NCBI GenBank assembly: GCA_049279335.1
Contig: JBAPNX010000024.1
Location: 375,211-439,210, forward strand
Direction of reading: 5' to 3'
Source of the DNA: Candidatus Dormiibacterota bacterium
GTDB taxonomy: Bacteria > Chloroflexota > Dormibacteria > Aeolococcales > Bog-877
Length of the DNA: 64,000 nt
Shown: piece by piece, positions 28,404 through 37,432 of the stretch
How the letters are laid out: each line of letters starts with the position of its first letter
Position numbering within the stretch: position 1 is the stretch's first letter
Notes under the pieces: generated by a model
Told to the model about the DNA's origin: nothing
Seen by the model: the letters and a program-made list of their open reading frames with translations, nothing else
Database searches by the model: none
Position numbers and translations under genes: made by a program

Positions 28404-29961
28404 CCTGGGCTTGGGCCGAGACCGAGGCCACCGCCACTGGCCTGCCGCCGGGGTCGGCAGGGCCCAGTCCCAGCCGGGGGCGCAAACGCTCCAACTGGCG
28501 CATGGTCGCCTCCAGATCCGCAGAACTGAAGGCCGAGCGAGTCCGCTTGTGCAGCGCCACGGTGAAGCCGGCGAAGCCGGGCAGGTCTAGGGGCAGCGCC
28601 ATCGCCGACTCCAGCTCGACATTGGTCCTGGCTTGGGGTCGGCTCGAGGGGGGCTCGACCCAGAGCACGGGAACCCCACCTTCCCGGGCGCGCTCGGCCA
28701 GGGATGTGAAGAGCTGACCAGCACCGGCAGCGGGCTCGCCGGCGGCCGCGACCTCCTGACCCTTGGGGTCGAGCATCACGGTCAGCTGGGCACGACCGGC
28801 CCGGCCCAGCTGGGCCAGGAAGTGATCGACGCCGATCGGCTGCAGTGAGGGGCGACGGTGCCGGCGGGCCAGTTGCCAGTTGAGGGTGGCGTTGACGGCC
28901 ATCCCCAACACCGCTGCCAGCAGACCGTCCAGCACTAGCGGCAGGGAGGTGCCCACCAGTCCCAGGAAGACGACCAGCTGAGCCCCGCCTGCGGTCAGGG
29001 CAGATGAGACGTAGCGTCGCATCAGGGGATAGCGCTCGCGGCGGAGATCCGCGAATGTGAGTCTCAGGTTCCAGCCGAAGTTCCAGAGCCCGGAGATGAC
29101 GAAGGCAACCGCCCAAGCCGCCAGAGCCGGCCAGCCCAGGACCACTCCGCCCAGCTCGATCAGGACCAGGAAAAGGCCCAGGCCGCTGATCCCCACTGCC
29201 GCGAACTTCCAGATCCGGGCACTTCCCGGGACATCCCAAACCAGTGACCAGACGTGGCGGAGGAAGAGCAGCCCCTGGGCGGTGCTCGCCTTGCTCTCGC
29301 CGGTCGCCCGGGCCTGGAACTGGAGGGGCACGTCCACCACCACCGGGTGGGGAGAGCAGACCAGGAGCTCGAGCAGGATCTTGAAGCCAACCGGGCGGAA
29401 CTCGAGCCCGCGCAGGAGCGAGGAACGGCTGAGGAAGAACCCAGCCAGGGGATCCGTGCTGGTCCGGGCCTCGACGAAAACCGTCCGCACCAAGACGCTG
29501 GCCGCTCGCGAGACGAAGTGCCGGAAGCCGCCGGCCAATCCCTCCCGGCTGCCACCCGGCAGGTAGCGACTGGCGACTACCAGATCGGCCCCGGCCCGCT
29601 CGGCGTCGAGCATGGCCGGGATGGTCTCGGGGGGATGCTGCAGGTCCGCGTCCATGACACAAACCACCCGCCCCCGGGCCTCTCTCAGGCCTAGGACCAC
29701 CGCCGTGCTGAGTCCACCGGTCCGGGCCTCGGCTTGGCGGTGGATCACCCGGATGCGCCGGTCGCGGCTGGACTGGCTGGCCAGCAGCTGGGCGGTCTGG
29801 TCGTCGCTGTCGTCGATGAAGACCAGCTCGAATTCGACGCCGTCGAGGGCGGCTGTCAGCCTCGCCAGCAGGGGCTCGATGTTACCGGCCTCGTTGCGCG
29901 TCGGCAGGACGACCGACAGTTCAGGCGATGCCGCCCCGGGCTCGGCGCGCAGGTCGGCCAT
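28351..29961 (-). CDS. GT2 glycosyltransferase (DPM1/polyprenol-phosphate sugar synthase-like) fused to a GtrA-like membrane domain and a roughly 170-aa C-terminal extension of unknown function
   Basis: N-terminus LSVVLPTRNEAGNIEPLL...FIDDSDDQT...VMDADLQHPPE (GT2 DxD/QxxRW-like). Mid region 4 TM helices as in GtrA. C-terminal soluble region (HFLAQLGRAGRAQLTVMLDPKGQEV...) has no recognisable motif. Its 3' end overlaps the dnaE2 3' end by 53 nt (convergent). Confidence 0.7.
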   Translation of the reverse strand: MADLRAEPGAASPELSVVLPTRNEAGNIEPLLARLTAALDGVEFELVFIDDSDDQTAQLLASQSSRDRRIRVIHRQAEARTGGLSTAVVLGLREARGRVVCVMDADLQHPPETIPAMLDAERAGADLVVASRYLPGGSREGLAGGFRHFVSRAASVLVRTVFVEARTSTDPLAGFFLSRSSLLRGLEFRPVGFKILLELLVCSPHPVVVDVPLQFQARATGESKASTAQGLLFLRHVWSLVWDVPGSARIWKFAAVGISGLGLFLVLIELGGVVLGWPALAAWAVAFVISGLWNFGWNLRLTFADLRRERYPLMRRYVSSALTAGGAQLVVFLGLVGTSLPLVLDGLLAAVLGMAVNATLNWQLARRHRRPSLQPIGVDHFLAQLGRAGRAQLTVMLDPKGQEVAAAGEPAAGAGQLFTSLAERAREGGVPVLWVEPPSSRPQARTNVELESAMALPLDLPGFAGFTVALHKRTRSAFSSADLEATMRQLERLRPRLGLGPADPGGRPVAVASVSAQAQVSGSREPTGRGTTSRSG

Positions 29962-29971
29962 GGGCCGAAGT

Positions 29972-30283
29972 CTAGCCTCGATCCCGCCTCGGATCCGGCT
30001 CCGTTACCGAATCGTCAGCCGCCGCCGGTTCGCTGTCGCCGATCCCATCCAGAGCCGCTCTGAGCTGGTTGGGCTCGACCCTGCCCTCCGCCAGCACCCG
30101 CCCCCGATAGAGGATCACCGGGACTCGATCGGTGAACTGGCGCTGCAGCCGAGGATCCTCGTCGATGTCGTACTCCGACACAGCCAGCTGGCGGGAGCCG
30201 GCCAGCTCGATCAGGAGTGACCGGGCCGACTCGCAGAGCGGGCAGTTGCGCCGGGAGAGAAGCCCGAGGCGGTCAGCCGTCAA
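29972..30283 (-). CDS. Glutaredoxin-like / thioredoxin-fold protein (DUF836-like)
   Basis: 103 aa with CPLCE active-site-like CxxC near the N-terminus and ...VPVILYRGR..., typical of glutaredoxin-2/DUF836 proteins. Confidence 0.6.
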   Translation of the reverse strand: MTADRLGLLSRRNCPLCESARSLLIELAGSRQLAVSEYDIDEDPRLQRQFTDRVPVILYRGRVLAEGRVEPNQLRAALDGIGDSEPAAADDSVTEPDPRRDRG

Positions 30284-31004
30284 GGACCCCCCAGCCCTGA
30301 AGGCGGGACCGGTAGCTTCGGTTCCAGTTCCAGAACGCCGCCCAGGCGGCTACCCAGAAGCCGAGCTCCACGGCGACTCCACCCAGGGTCGTCCCGGCCA
30401 GCCGGCTGCCGGAGAGTGCCAGCACGGCATAGACGATGACTCGGATCAGCACCATCCCGACCAGACCGGAGATTACCAAGAAGGCGACGCTAACCGCCCG
30501 GCGCTCGGACCGCAGCGCCTCCCGCAGTTGCCTGGCGCTGCCGGCCGCTCTGCTGAGGCGGCTGGGGGGCTCCGGTTGCGAGCCGCTCAGGCGCAGGGTG
30601 CCCCAGGCGGCCAGCAAGGCGGCCAGCACGACCGGAATCAGGGCCTGCCAGGGGGCGCCCACCCGAAGAAAGTTCTGCCAGCCGCTGAGCCGGTGGCCGG
30701 CTTGATATGAGGTGGTGAACTGGCTCTGCAAGTCAAAGGAGGCCAAGCTCGCCGCCAGACCGAGGATCAGGCTGCTTCCGGCCACGGCGCTGGGCCAGGG
30801 GTGGCGGCGCACTGTGGCCACGATCCAGGCACCGGCTCGAGCTGGTACCGCGGTCACGCGCTCTGGGAGTCGGACCTTGGGAGGCGCGCCTTCAGCCACG
30901 TGTCCAGGTTCCATCGAGCATGCCGAGATATCGCTCGACCGAGCGCAGCACCCTGACCTTGGCGTCGGCACTGATCTCGTCGCCTGGCCAGGCTCCGTAA
31001 ACAC
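30273..31004 (-). CDS. Hypothetical membrane protein (about 4 TM helices)
   Basis: Hydrophobic helices AVAGSSLILGLAASLA, ALIPVVLAALLAAW, VAFLVISGLVGMVLIRVIVYAVLAL, VELGFWVAAWAAFW. The 5' end likely lies downstream of 31004, because the long ORF overlaps the upstream MBL gene by 112 nt. 11-nt 3' overlap with the Grx-like gene. Confidence 0.4.
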   Translation of the reverse strand: MFTEPGQATRSVPTPRSGCCARSSDISACSMEPGHVAEGAPPKVRLPERVTAVPARAGAWIVATVRRHPWPSAVAGSSLILGLAASLASFDLQSQFTTSYQAGHRLSGWQNFLRVGAPWQALIPVVLAALLAAWGTLRLSGSQPEPPSRLSRAAGSARQLREALRSERRAVSVAFLVISGLVGMVLIRVIVYAVLALSGSRLAGTTLGGVAVELGFWVAAWAAFWNWNRSYRSRLQGWGVLDG

Positions 31005-31716
31005 GGTCGAAACGGACCTCCCTTATCCGCCTGCCGATGGCGGCCACGTCCTCCGCCGGCAAGGGGATGCGGTTGGGATAGCTGTAGAGGAACGCGGCCC
31101 AGCGGCGGTCGGCGGCGACGGCGATGGTGTCTCCGGTCAGCAGCGCTCCCCTGCCGGAGGCGCCGGCAGCCCAGTGCAGCACGGTCGAGCCGTGAAAGTG
31201 TCCTCCCAGGCGCAGAACTCGGAAACCTTCGAGCGGCTCAATCTCGTCGCCTTCGAAGTGGACCACGGTTGAGCTGGGACGCGGCAGGTATTCCCGATCT
31301 CGGGCGCTGAGGTAGATGGGAACGCCGCCGAAGGCCTGGCTCCATTCGACGCAGCTCCCGTAGAAGTGAGGGTGACTGATCGCGATCGCCGCCAACCCTC
31401 CCCGGTCTTTGATCTCGACCTGGGTGGCGGAGTCGATAAAGCTAAGACAGTCCCATAAGAGGTTGCCCTGAGGAGTGGCCAGCAGGAGTGCCCGCTGTCC
31501 GATCCCGAAGGACGGCTCGGTAGTGACCTGCCAGAGGCCGGGTTCGAGCTCGAGGAACTCGGATCGAAACTTGTCTTGCATCTCTGCCAGGGTGGTCCAG
31601 TGCTGGCCTGCGCGGCCGACATACTGGCGCTCGTCGGCACAGATCGGGCAGCGTTCTGGCGGATCGCTGGCGGGAGCCACCTGCACGCCGCAGGTCTGGC
31701 AGATGAATGCGAACAT
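30892..31716 (-). CDS. MBL-fold metallo-hydrolase with N-terminal rubredoxin-like zinc ribbon
   Basis: N-terminus CQTCGVQ...CPICADE (4-Cys ribbon) followed by the MBL-fold motif HPHFYG/ISHPHF and conserved His/Asp ligands. 274 aa. Confidence 0.7.
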   Translation of the reverse strand: MFAFICQTCGVQVAPASDPPERCPICADERQYVGRAGQHWTTLAEMQDKFRSEFLELEPGLWQVTTEPSFGIGQRALLLATPQGNLLWDCLSFIDSATQVEIKDRGGLAAIAISHPHFYGSCVEWSQAFGGVPIYLSARDREYLPRPSSTVVHFEGDEIEPLEGFRVLRLGGHFHGSTVLHWAAGASGRGALLTGDTIAVAADRRWAAFLYSYPNRIPLPAEDVAAIGRRIREVRFDRVYGAWPGDEISADAKVRVLRSVERYLGMLDGTWTRG

Positions 31717-31745
31717 CGCGCCCCTGATTCTGAAGCCGTTCGAGA

Positions 31746-32933
31746 GTGGGCGCCGAGTCTAGAATCTGGCCAATGGGTTCGACGCCGGTCGGGCAGAGGC
31801 CTTCGTCCCAGCCGGCGAGCTCCCCGACGGTGAGTTTCGCCACCTACAACATTCTTTTGGGGGGCGGGGGGCGCTGGCCCGAAATCACCGAGCTGCTGCG
31901 CTCGGTCGATGCCGACGTGGTCGCGCTCCAGGAGGCAGATGACCGAGCCGCGGTCGCCCGGGCCGCGGACCAGCTCGGGTACCAGCTGATCTATGGCATC
32001 GCGCCAACCCCGGCGCAACAGGCGACGCCTCGGCACCAGGCGGTGCTCTCGCGCCTGCCGGTCGCGCGCTGGGTCAACCATCGCGATCCCACGGTGTTCC
32101 TGCGCAATTCACTGGAGGTCTGGCTGGAGACACCTCCCGGCAGCCAGATCAAACAGCTCTGTCTGCACACTGTTCACCTGACTGCGGCGTTCCAGCGCCG
32201 CGGGCGGGCAGAGCCAGACCGGGTCCGCGAGCTGGCGGCGGTCCAGGCCCACGCCGCTCAGCACCCCGAGGTTCCCCACCTGGTGGCCGGCGACTTCAAC
32301 TCGGTGGCTCCGGGTGACAGGATCCAGGCCACCGACTTCTTTGCCCAGATCAACCTCTGGCGCCGAACCGGAGTTCTCCAGGGGGCGGGAGCCATCGGGC
32401 CTATTCCCCCCGGCCTGTCGCGCCTCCGCTGGTGGCAGGACCCGGAGACAGCCGATGCCATCGTGGAGGAGTTGCCTGAGGCGGTGAGGAGCGGATTGCC
32501 CCGGCTGCCCTGGCTGGTCCATCCCCTTTTGGAGGTGCTGCCTCGGGGCGATACCACCGACGCGGTCCTGGGGGCGCTGTTGCCGCGGGCCGCGGTTCGG
32601 AGCATGCTCAGGGCGGGATACATCGATTGCCTGCGGGCTCTCCACCCCCGAGCCAGCGCCTTCACTTGTCCCACCTATCAACCAGCGGCTCGCATCGACT
32701 ACGTTTTCGTCACCAGGGGACTTGACCGGCGGCTGGTCCGCTGCGAGGTTGTGGGGGGGTCGGGCGACCTGGGGAAGCTGGCCCGGCGGGCCAGCGATCA
32801 TTTCCCGGTGATAGCGGAATTCGGTCTCGCCTCGACTCGGTCCCAATCTCTGGGACCGGCCCGGGCCTCTCGTACCGGGAGCCCCGGTGGGGCTGGCACG
32901 TCGCCATCGCGGGACGACGCGCCAGCCGGGTAG
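31746..32933 (+). CDS. Endonuclease/exonuclease/phosphatase (EEP) family protein
   Basis: SFATYNILLGG...DVVALQEAD...GDFNS...SDHFPV are the EEP catalytic motifs. Alternative ATG start at 31773. Confidence 0.75.
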   Translation: MGAESRIWPMGSTPVGQRPSSQPASSPTVSFATYNILLGGGGRWPEITELLRSVDADVVALQEADDRAAVARAADQLGYQLIYGIAPTPAQQATPRHQAVLSRLPVARWVNHRDPTVFLRNSLEVWLETPPGSQIKQLCLHTVHLTAAFQRRGRAEPDRVRELAAVQAHAAQHPEVPHLVAGDFNSVAPGDRIQATDFFAQINLWRRTGVLQGAGAIGPIPPGLSRLRWWQDPETADAIVEELPEAVRSGLPRLPWLVHPLLEVLPRGDTTDAVLGALLPRAAVRSMLRAGYIDCLRALHPRASAFTCPTYQPAARIDYVFVTRGLDRRLVRCEVVGGSGDLGKLARRASDHFPVIAEFGLASTRSQSLGPARASRTGSPGGAGTSPSRDDAPAG

Positions 32934-32943
32934 CGGCCAGGAC

Positions 32944-34089
32944 CTAACTCACTGCGATTCCTTCGATCCCCGCTCCGAGTCCGGTTACAGATCCGATTTC
33001 CCTGAGCGACCCGTTCCATTGGATCTGGAACTCATCGATAGCTCCGGCTGCCCCTGCCTCGGCGTAAAGCGCGCCGTCGGAGCTAACCGCCATGTCGATG
33101 GGACCGGCATCGGTGTTAGCGACCACACCACCGTCGGAGCCCAGGAGGGCCAAGCTGCCGTTGAAGCCAACGCTGTAACCGCTGAGGGTGTTGCTGCCGG
33201 CGTTGGCGCCGTAGTAAAAGCCATCAGCCCGGACGATCCAGCAAAGAGCTGCCTGCCCGTCCCCAAGCGTTGCGACCGCGAGTAGTCCACCACTCGGGGT
33301 CACGTCGTAGGTGGTGATGCTGCTGGAACCGGCCTCGGTCACGACCAGTCGCCCGAAGCTGTCGAAGGTGAACCCAAACGGCACCGGTTGCGCGCTGGCG
33401 TTAGTGGTCGCAGCCCCGAGCTGGCCATTCCATGTCACCGCGAAGACATCGATGTCGCTGCCGCTAGCCTTGGTGGTGACCACCAGCTGCCTGCCACTTG
33501 GGGTGAATCCCACCTGCCCGGGCGACTCCAGGTAATTGGGGTGATCGGCGTTGGCCAATCCCAAGGACCGTGCCGAGCCGGGGATGGGACTCAGCCAATC
33601 GCCGGCGAAACGATATCCCTGGAGCACGCCGGCGCCGCCGCCGTTAAGGACATAGACCAGCTGCCCGCTGACGGCGACACTGTCAGGGAACGCACCTTCG
33701 GAGGGGAGAACCTGATTCAATGCGATCCCGCCGTTTCCAACTCGGAAAACAGAGATCGAGTCACTGCCGGCGTTGACGCTGATCAAGACCTGATGGGCAG
33801 GATCGAAAACCAGTGAGCCCTGAGACGCAAGGGAATCCACCACCGCACCGCTGGCGGTTGCACCCAACCCACCCGTCGCGTAGCGGCCGACGAGGGTCAG
33901 GCCCTCGGGGCTGTGCCGGTAGACGATGACCTGGTTACCACTGGCCGCGTTGGTCTGGGCGAAGACCAACTGTGGACCGCCCCACCAGCTGGGTTGCCCT
34001 GGGCTTGCCGCACTGACCGGTAAGTTCAGCAGGGCTGCACAGCCGGCCAGAAAGGCGACTGCCGTACCTAGTCGCAGGCGATTCCTCAT
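32944..34089 (-). CDS. Secreted lipoprotein, 7-bladed beta-propeller lactonase family (6-phosphogluconolactonase-like)
   Basis: Signal peptide plus lipobox FLAGC. Repeated SG/YV..N..S.S..VF propeller blades. Strong RBS GGAAGGAGG 7 nt upstream of ATG 34089. Confidence 0.65.
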   Translation of the reverse strand: MRNRLRLGTAVAFLAGCAALLNLPVSAASPGQPSWWGGPQLVFAQTNAASGNQVIVYRHSPEGLTLVGRYATGGLGATASGAVVDSLASQGSLVFDPAHQVLISVNAGSDSISVFRVGNGGIALNQVLPSEGAFPDSVAVSGQLVYVLNGGGAGVLQGYRFAGDWLSPIPGSARSLGLANADHPNYLESPGQVGFTPSGRQLVVTTKASGSDIDVFAVTWNGQLGAATTNASAQPVPFGFTFDSFGRLVVTEAGSSSITTYDVTPSGGLLAVATLGDGQAALCWIVRADGFYYGANAGSNTLSGYSVGFNGSLALLGSDGGVVANTDAGPIDMAVSSDGALYAEAGAAGAIDEFQIQWNGSLREIGSVTGLGAGIEGIAVS

Positions 34090-34568
34090 CTGGGTTCCTC
34101 CTTCCGGCACAGTTAGGTCCCCCCGCGGGGGCCGGAGCTTCGGGGGGGTGGAGACTCTCCGGGACCAACCCAGGGTTGGCTGATGTGGAGTCCCGACACC
34201 GACGCTAGCCCGGGGGCCTTACGTAAATCGGACCCTGGGCTTACCTTTCGGTGACACCGGTTGAGGACCTGCTCGGATCTGGGGGATCGAGCCGAGCACT
34301 TCTAGCTTGTCGGCTCCCGAATCACAGTTGGACTTAGGGGCGCAATCATTTCGTAAGCATTCGACAAGGGCTGCGTGAGTTCCCGACCCGAGACTGGCAG
34401 ACATGGCACCGCGGGTGCTTCTCAGGCGGAGTGGAGAGCAGACATGCCACCGGTGGGCGAGGGTAGCGGGGGGGGCAACCGATCGCCGCTGGGGCTCTCA
34501 AGCGCTTCATGCACGGCAGCGGCAGCTATGGGGAGGCACCTTCGGGTGGTGGGGGATACGATCTGAAG

Positions 34569-35252
34569 ATGCCGACTGTGCTGGTCGTCGACGACGACAC
34601 GGTGGTCCGGGACGTGGTGAGCCGCTATCTGGAGCGGGACGGGGTCAAGGTAGTGCAGGCGGGCACCGGTGACCAGGCGAGGCAGTTGCTAGAGCGGGCC
34701 CGTCCCGACTTGGTCGTCCTTGACGTCATGATCCCCGGCGTCAACGGTTTGGATCTGTGCCGGTGGATCCGCGACCGTGGCCAGGCAGCCGTGATCCTGC
34801 TTACCGCCCGCACTGAGGAGGCCGATCGCATCGTCGGCTTGGAACTCGGAGCTGATGACTACGTCACCAAGCCCTTTTCTCCTCGTGAGCTGGCTGCCCG
34901 TGTCAAGGCCGTGCTGCGTCGATCGTCAGCCCCACCGGCGCGAAGCCTGCCCATCGAGGCCGGCGCCTTGATGATTGACCCAGAGGCACGCGAGGTGACC
35001 CTCGGAGGCGCCCAGGTCGAGCTCACTGCCCTGGAGTTCGATCTGCTCCGTTTCCTGGCCGGCAACCCTCGAGTGGTCTTCTCGAGGGACCAGCTGCTGA
35101 CGAGAGTCTGGGGTCACCAGCGCAGTGTGGAGACCGCCGCCAGCACGGTCACGGTTCACGTGCGCCGGCTGCGCGAGAAGATCGAGGCCGACCCCTCGAG
35201 TCCGGCTCTCATCCAGACGGTCTGGGGAGTGGGCTACAGGTTCGTGCCGTGA
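34569..35252 (+). CDS. OmpR-family response regulator
   Basis: Receiver domain (VLVVDDD...DLVVLDVMIPG...TARTEE) plus winged-helix output (TVHVRRLREKIE...IQTVWGVGYRF). ATG at 34569. Confidence 0.85.
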   Translation: MPTVLVVDDDTVVRDVVSRYLERDGVKVVQAGTGDQARQLLERARPDLVVLDVMIPGVNGLDLCRWIRDRGQAAVILLTARTEEADRIVGLELGADDYVTKPFSPRELAARVKAVLRRSSAPPARSLPIEAGALMIDPEAREVTLGGAQVELTALEFDLLRFLAGNPRVVFSRDQLLTRVWGHQRSVETAASTVTVHVRRLREKIEADPSSPALIQTVWGVGYRFVP

Positions 35253-36448
35253 TCGGGCTCTTCTTGGCGGTTGGTGCCGCCACCCTGGTTGCGGGGGTGC
35301 TGGGGGCGCTGGCACTGCAGCTACTGCCGACGGTGAGGCTCCAGCTGGTGGGGCTGGCCATGCTGGCGGTGGGCCTGCCTCTGGCGGCGGTATCCGTGTC
35401 TGGTCTAGCCATGTTCCACGGCGGGCCAGCTCGAGCGATCTTGGTGGTGTCATCCGCCTCGGCGGTGGCTGCCCTGGCCGGGGCCACGCTGGTCGAGCGA
35501 CGGATCATGGGCCGGTTGCAGCGACTTCGGGCAGCCTCTTCTGACCTGGCGGCGGGAGTGCTGGCGGCGCGGGCTCCTCGAGGGGGACCCGCGGAGCTGG
35601 CCGAACTCGCCACTTCCTTCAACGTCATGGCCCAGAACCTGGAGGATCTTTTCGACGCCCGGCGTGAACTGGTGACTTGGGCCAGTCACGATCTCCGAGC
35701 TCCTGTCACCTCGATCCGAGCCATGCTGGAGGCGCTGGAGGACGGACTGGCGACCACGGCTGAATACCTGTCGCCCCTCCAAGACCAGGTGCGGCTGCTG
35801 GAGAGAAGGATCAGCGAACTCTTCGAGATGGCCCGGATCGATCGCGGGTCTACTCCGGCAGAAACCAAGGAGGTCGATTTGGCCCCCCTGATTGAGACCT
35901 GCGCCGGTTGGTTCGACGCGGAGGCGCGGAGCGCCGGGATCAGCCTCCAGACCGACAACTTCGACGCCGCTCTGATGGCCTTCTGTGTCCCGGAGAAGGT
36001 TGAGAGGGTCGTCTCCAACCTCATCACCAATGCGGTGCAGCACACTCCCGCTGGGGGAGAGATCCGAGTGTCGGCCACCGAGCAGCAGGGAGCCATCCTG
36101 GTGGCCGTCAGCGACACGGGTTGCGGGATCCCCGCCCAGGATCAGGCCCGGGCATTTGAGCCCTTCTGGCGGGCGGACCCAGCGCGTTCCACCGCCAACG
36201 GTGGGTCGGGGCTGGGCTTGGCCATCGCCAAGGGGCTGGTTGAAGCTCAGGGTGGCCGGATATGGGTCGATCCCGTGCCCAGCAGGGGTACAAGAATCTG
36301 CTTCCTTCTGCCGGCGGCCCCGAGCGCGAGGCAAGAAAGCATGTCCGCGTCGGCAGACCGAGCCCGAGGGACTGGTAGGGCTTCCGGCGCGGGAGTCGCA
36401 GCCATGACCAGAGGGGAGTTGCCCGTCACACGTAGCCAGTTGGGCTGA
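35249..36448 (+). CDS. Sensor histidine kinase (HAMP-HisKA-HATPase)
   Basis: 2 TM helices plus HAMP, H-box ASHDLRAPVTSI, and ATPase N/G boxes (NLITNAVQHT, DTGCGIP, GGSGLGLAI). GTGA overlap with the response regulator. Confidence 0.85.
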   Translation: MIGLFLAVGAATLVAGVLGALALQLLPTVRLQLVGLAMLAVGLPLAAVSVSGLAMFHGGPARAILVVSSASAVAALAGATLVERRIMGRLQRLRAASSDLAAGVLAARAPRGGPAELAELATSFNVMAQNLEDLFDARRELVTWASHDLRAPVTSIRAMLEALEDGLATTAEYLSPLQDQVRLLERRISELFEMARIDRGSTPAETKEVDLAPLIETCAGWFDAEARSAGISLQTDNFDAALMAFCVPEKVERVVSNLITNAVQHTPAGGEIRVSATEQQGAILVAVSDTGCGIPAQDQARAFEPFWRADPARSTANGGSGLGLAIAKGLVEAQGGRIWVDPVPSRGTRICFLLPAAPSARQESMSASADRARGTGRASGAGVAAMTRGELPVTRSQLG

Positions 36449-36535
36449 CCTCCACAGCCCCAGGTAGCGACGGGCCGAAGGCGGCGGCGGCAGAGTGGTC
36501 GAGGCGAGCTTCAGATCCGCTCATATACTCGGGCG

Positions 36536-37432
36536 ATGGTCAGGGCAAGTCGGCAGTCCGGCATCCCCAAGGCGGAGTTCGCACTCCTGGGCGGTTCGGG
36601 GACTGGTACCCAGGGTTCTCCCGAGCAAGAGTCCTCGGTCAAATTGCTTGCCCGTGACACCGTCTTCGAGACTCCATTCGGGAGCAGCCCTCCGATCACG
36701 CACTTCGAGGTCGCACGCGAGGCTGGCGGGGAGAGGACGGTGCTCTTCTCCCGACCCCACGCCGGCCTTGGCGCGGGGCTGGCTGGGCGTTCCAGCCAGG
36801 AGCGGGCCCAGACGGCGCTGGCCCTCTTCTGGGTATTCGAGCGGGCTGGGGTGGTGCGGGTGGTCGCCGAGTCGGGCTCGGCCAGCATCACCCAGCACTT
36901 CCACCCGAGAGACCTGGTGGTGCCCCATGACTTCATCGACTTCACCCAGCAACGGGGGGGCCAGCTTGTGCCCGGCGTGATTCTGGTCATGCGTGACCCC
37001 TTCTGCCCGGAGATCAGGGAGGCGCTCTGGCAGCGAGCCCGACAGTTCGCCGCCGATAAGGCGACCAGGGCCTTCAACCGGGCCGTTCACGTCACGGTCG
37101 AGGGACCGCGGATGGAAACGGCTGCCGAGGTGGCGGCGCTGGCACGAATGGGCGGTGACATCATCAGCCAGACCCTCACGCCCGAGGTTTATCTGGCCCG
37201 CGAGATCGGAGCCTGCTTCGGGTCGGTGGAGATGGTTCTCAACTACGCCGAGGGGGTGCGTCCGGAGTGGGATTTCGATCTGCTCCGCGCGATCGTGCGC
37301 GAGGGGGCGGAAGAGCTGGGCAGGGTGGCGTTGGATGCTCTGATCGCCCTTCCCGACGCCATGGGCTGCGCCTGCAGCAGTTACCGCCAGGCGGGCCACC
37401 CGGTGACCGAAGCGGTTGCGGCGTCGGCGTGA
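36536..37432 (+). CDS. mtnP: S-methyl-5'-thioadenosine phosphorylase (purine nucleoside phosphorylase family 2)
   Basis: FALLGGSGTG, VTVEGPRMETAAE, and GGDIISQTLTPEVYLAREIGACFGSVEMVLNYAEG align with the MTAP signature regions. Confidence 0.7.
   Translation: MVRASRQSGIPKAEFALLGGSGTGTQGSPEQESSVKLLARDTVFETPFGSSPPITHFEVAREAGGERTVLFSRPHAGLGAGLAGRSSQERAQTALALFWVFERAGVVRVVAESGSASITQHFHPRDLVVPHDFIDFTQQRGGQLVPGVILVMRDPFCPEIREALWQRARQFAADKATRAFNRAVHVTVEGPRMETAAEVAALARMGGDIISQTLTPEVYLAREIGACFGSVEMVLNYAEGVRPEWDFDLLRAIVREGAEELGRVALDALIALPDAMGCACSSYRQAGHPVTEAVAASA

Noticed and set aside
28394-29662. 422-aa alternative-frame ORF on the minus strand
   Set aside because: It is in another frame of the GT2-GtrA gene. 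The product is low-complexity (Arg/Gly/Pro) while the chosen frame shows GT2 and GtrA motifs.
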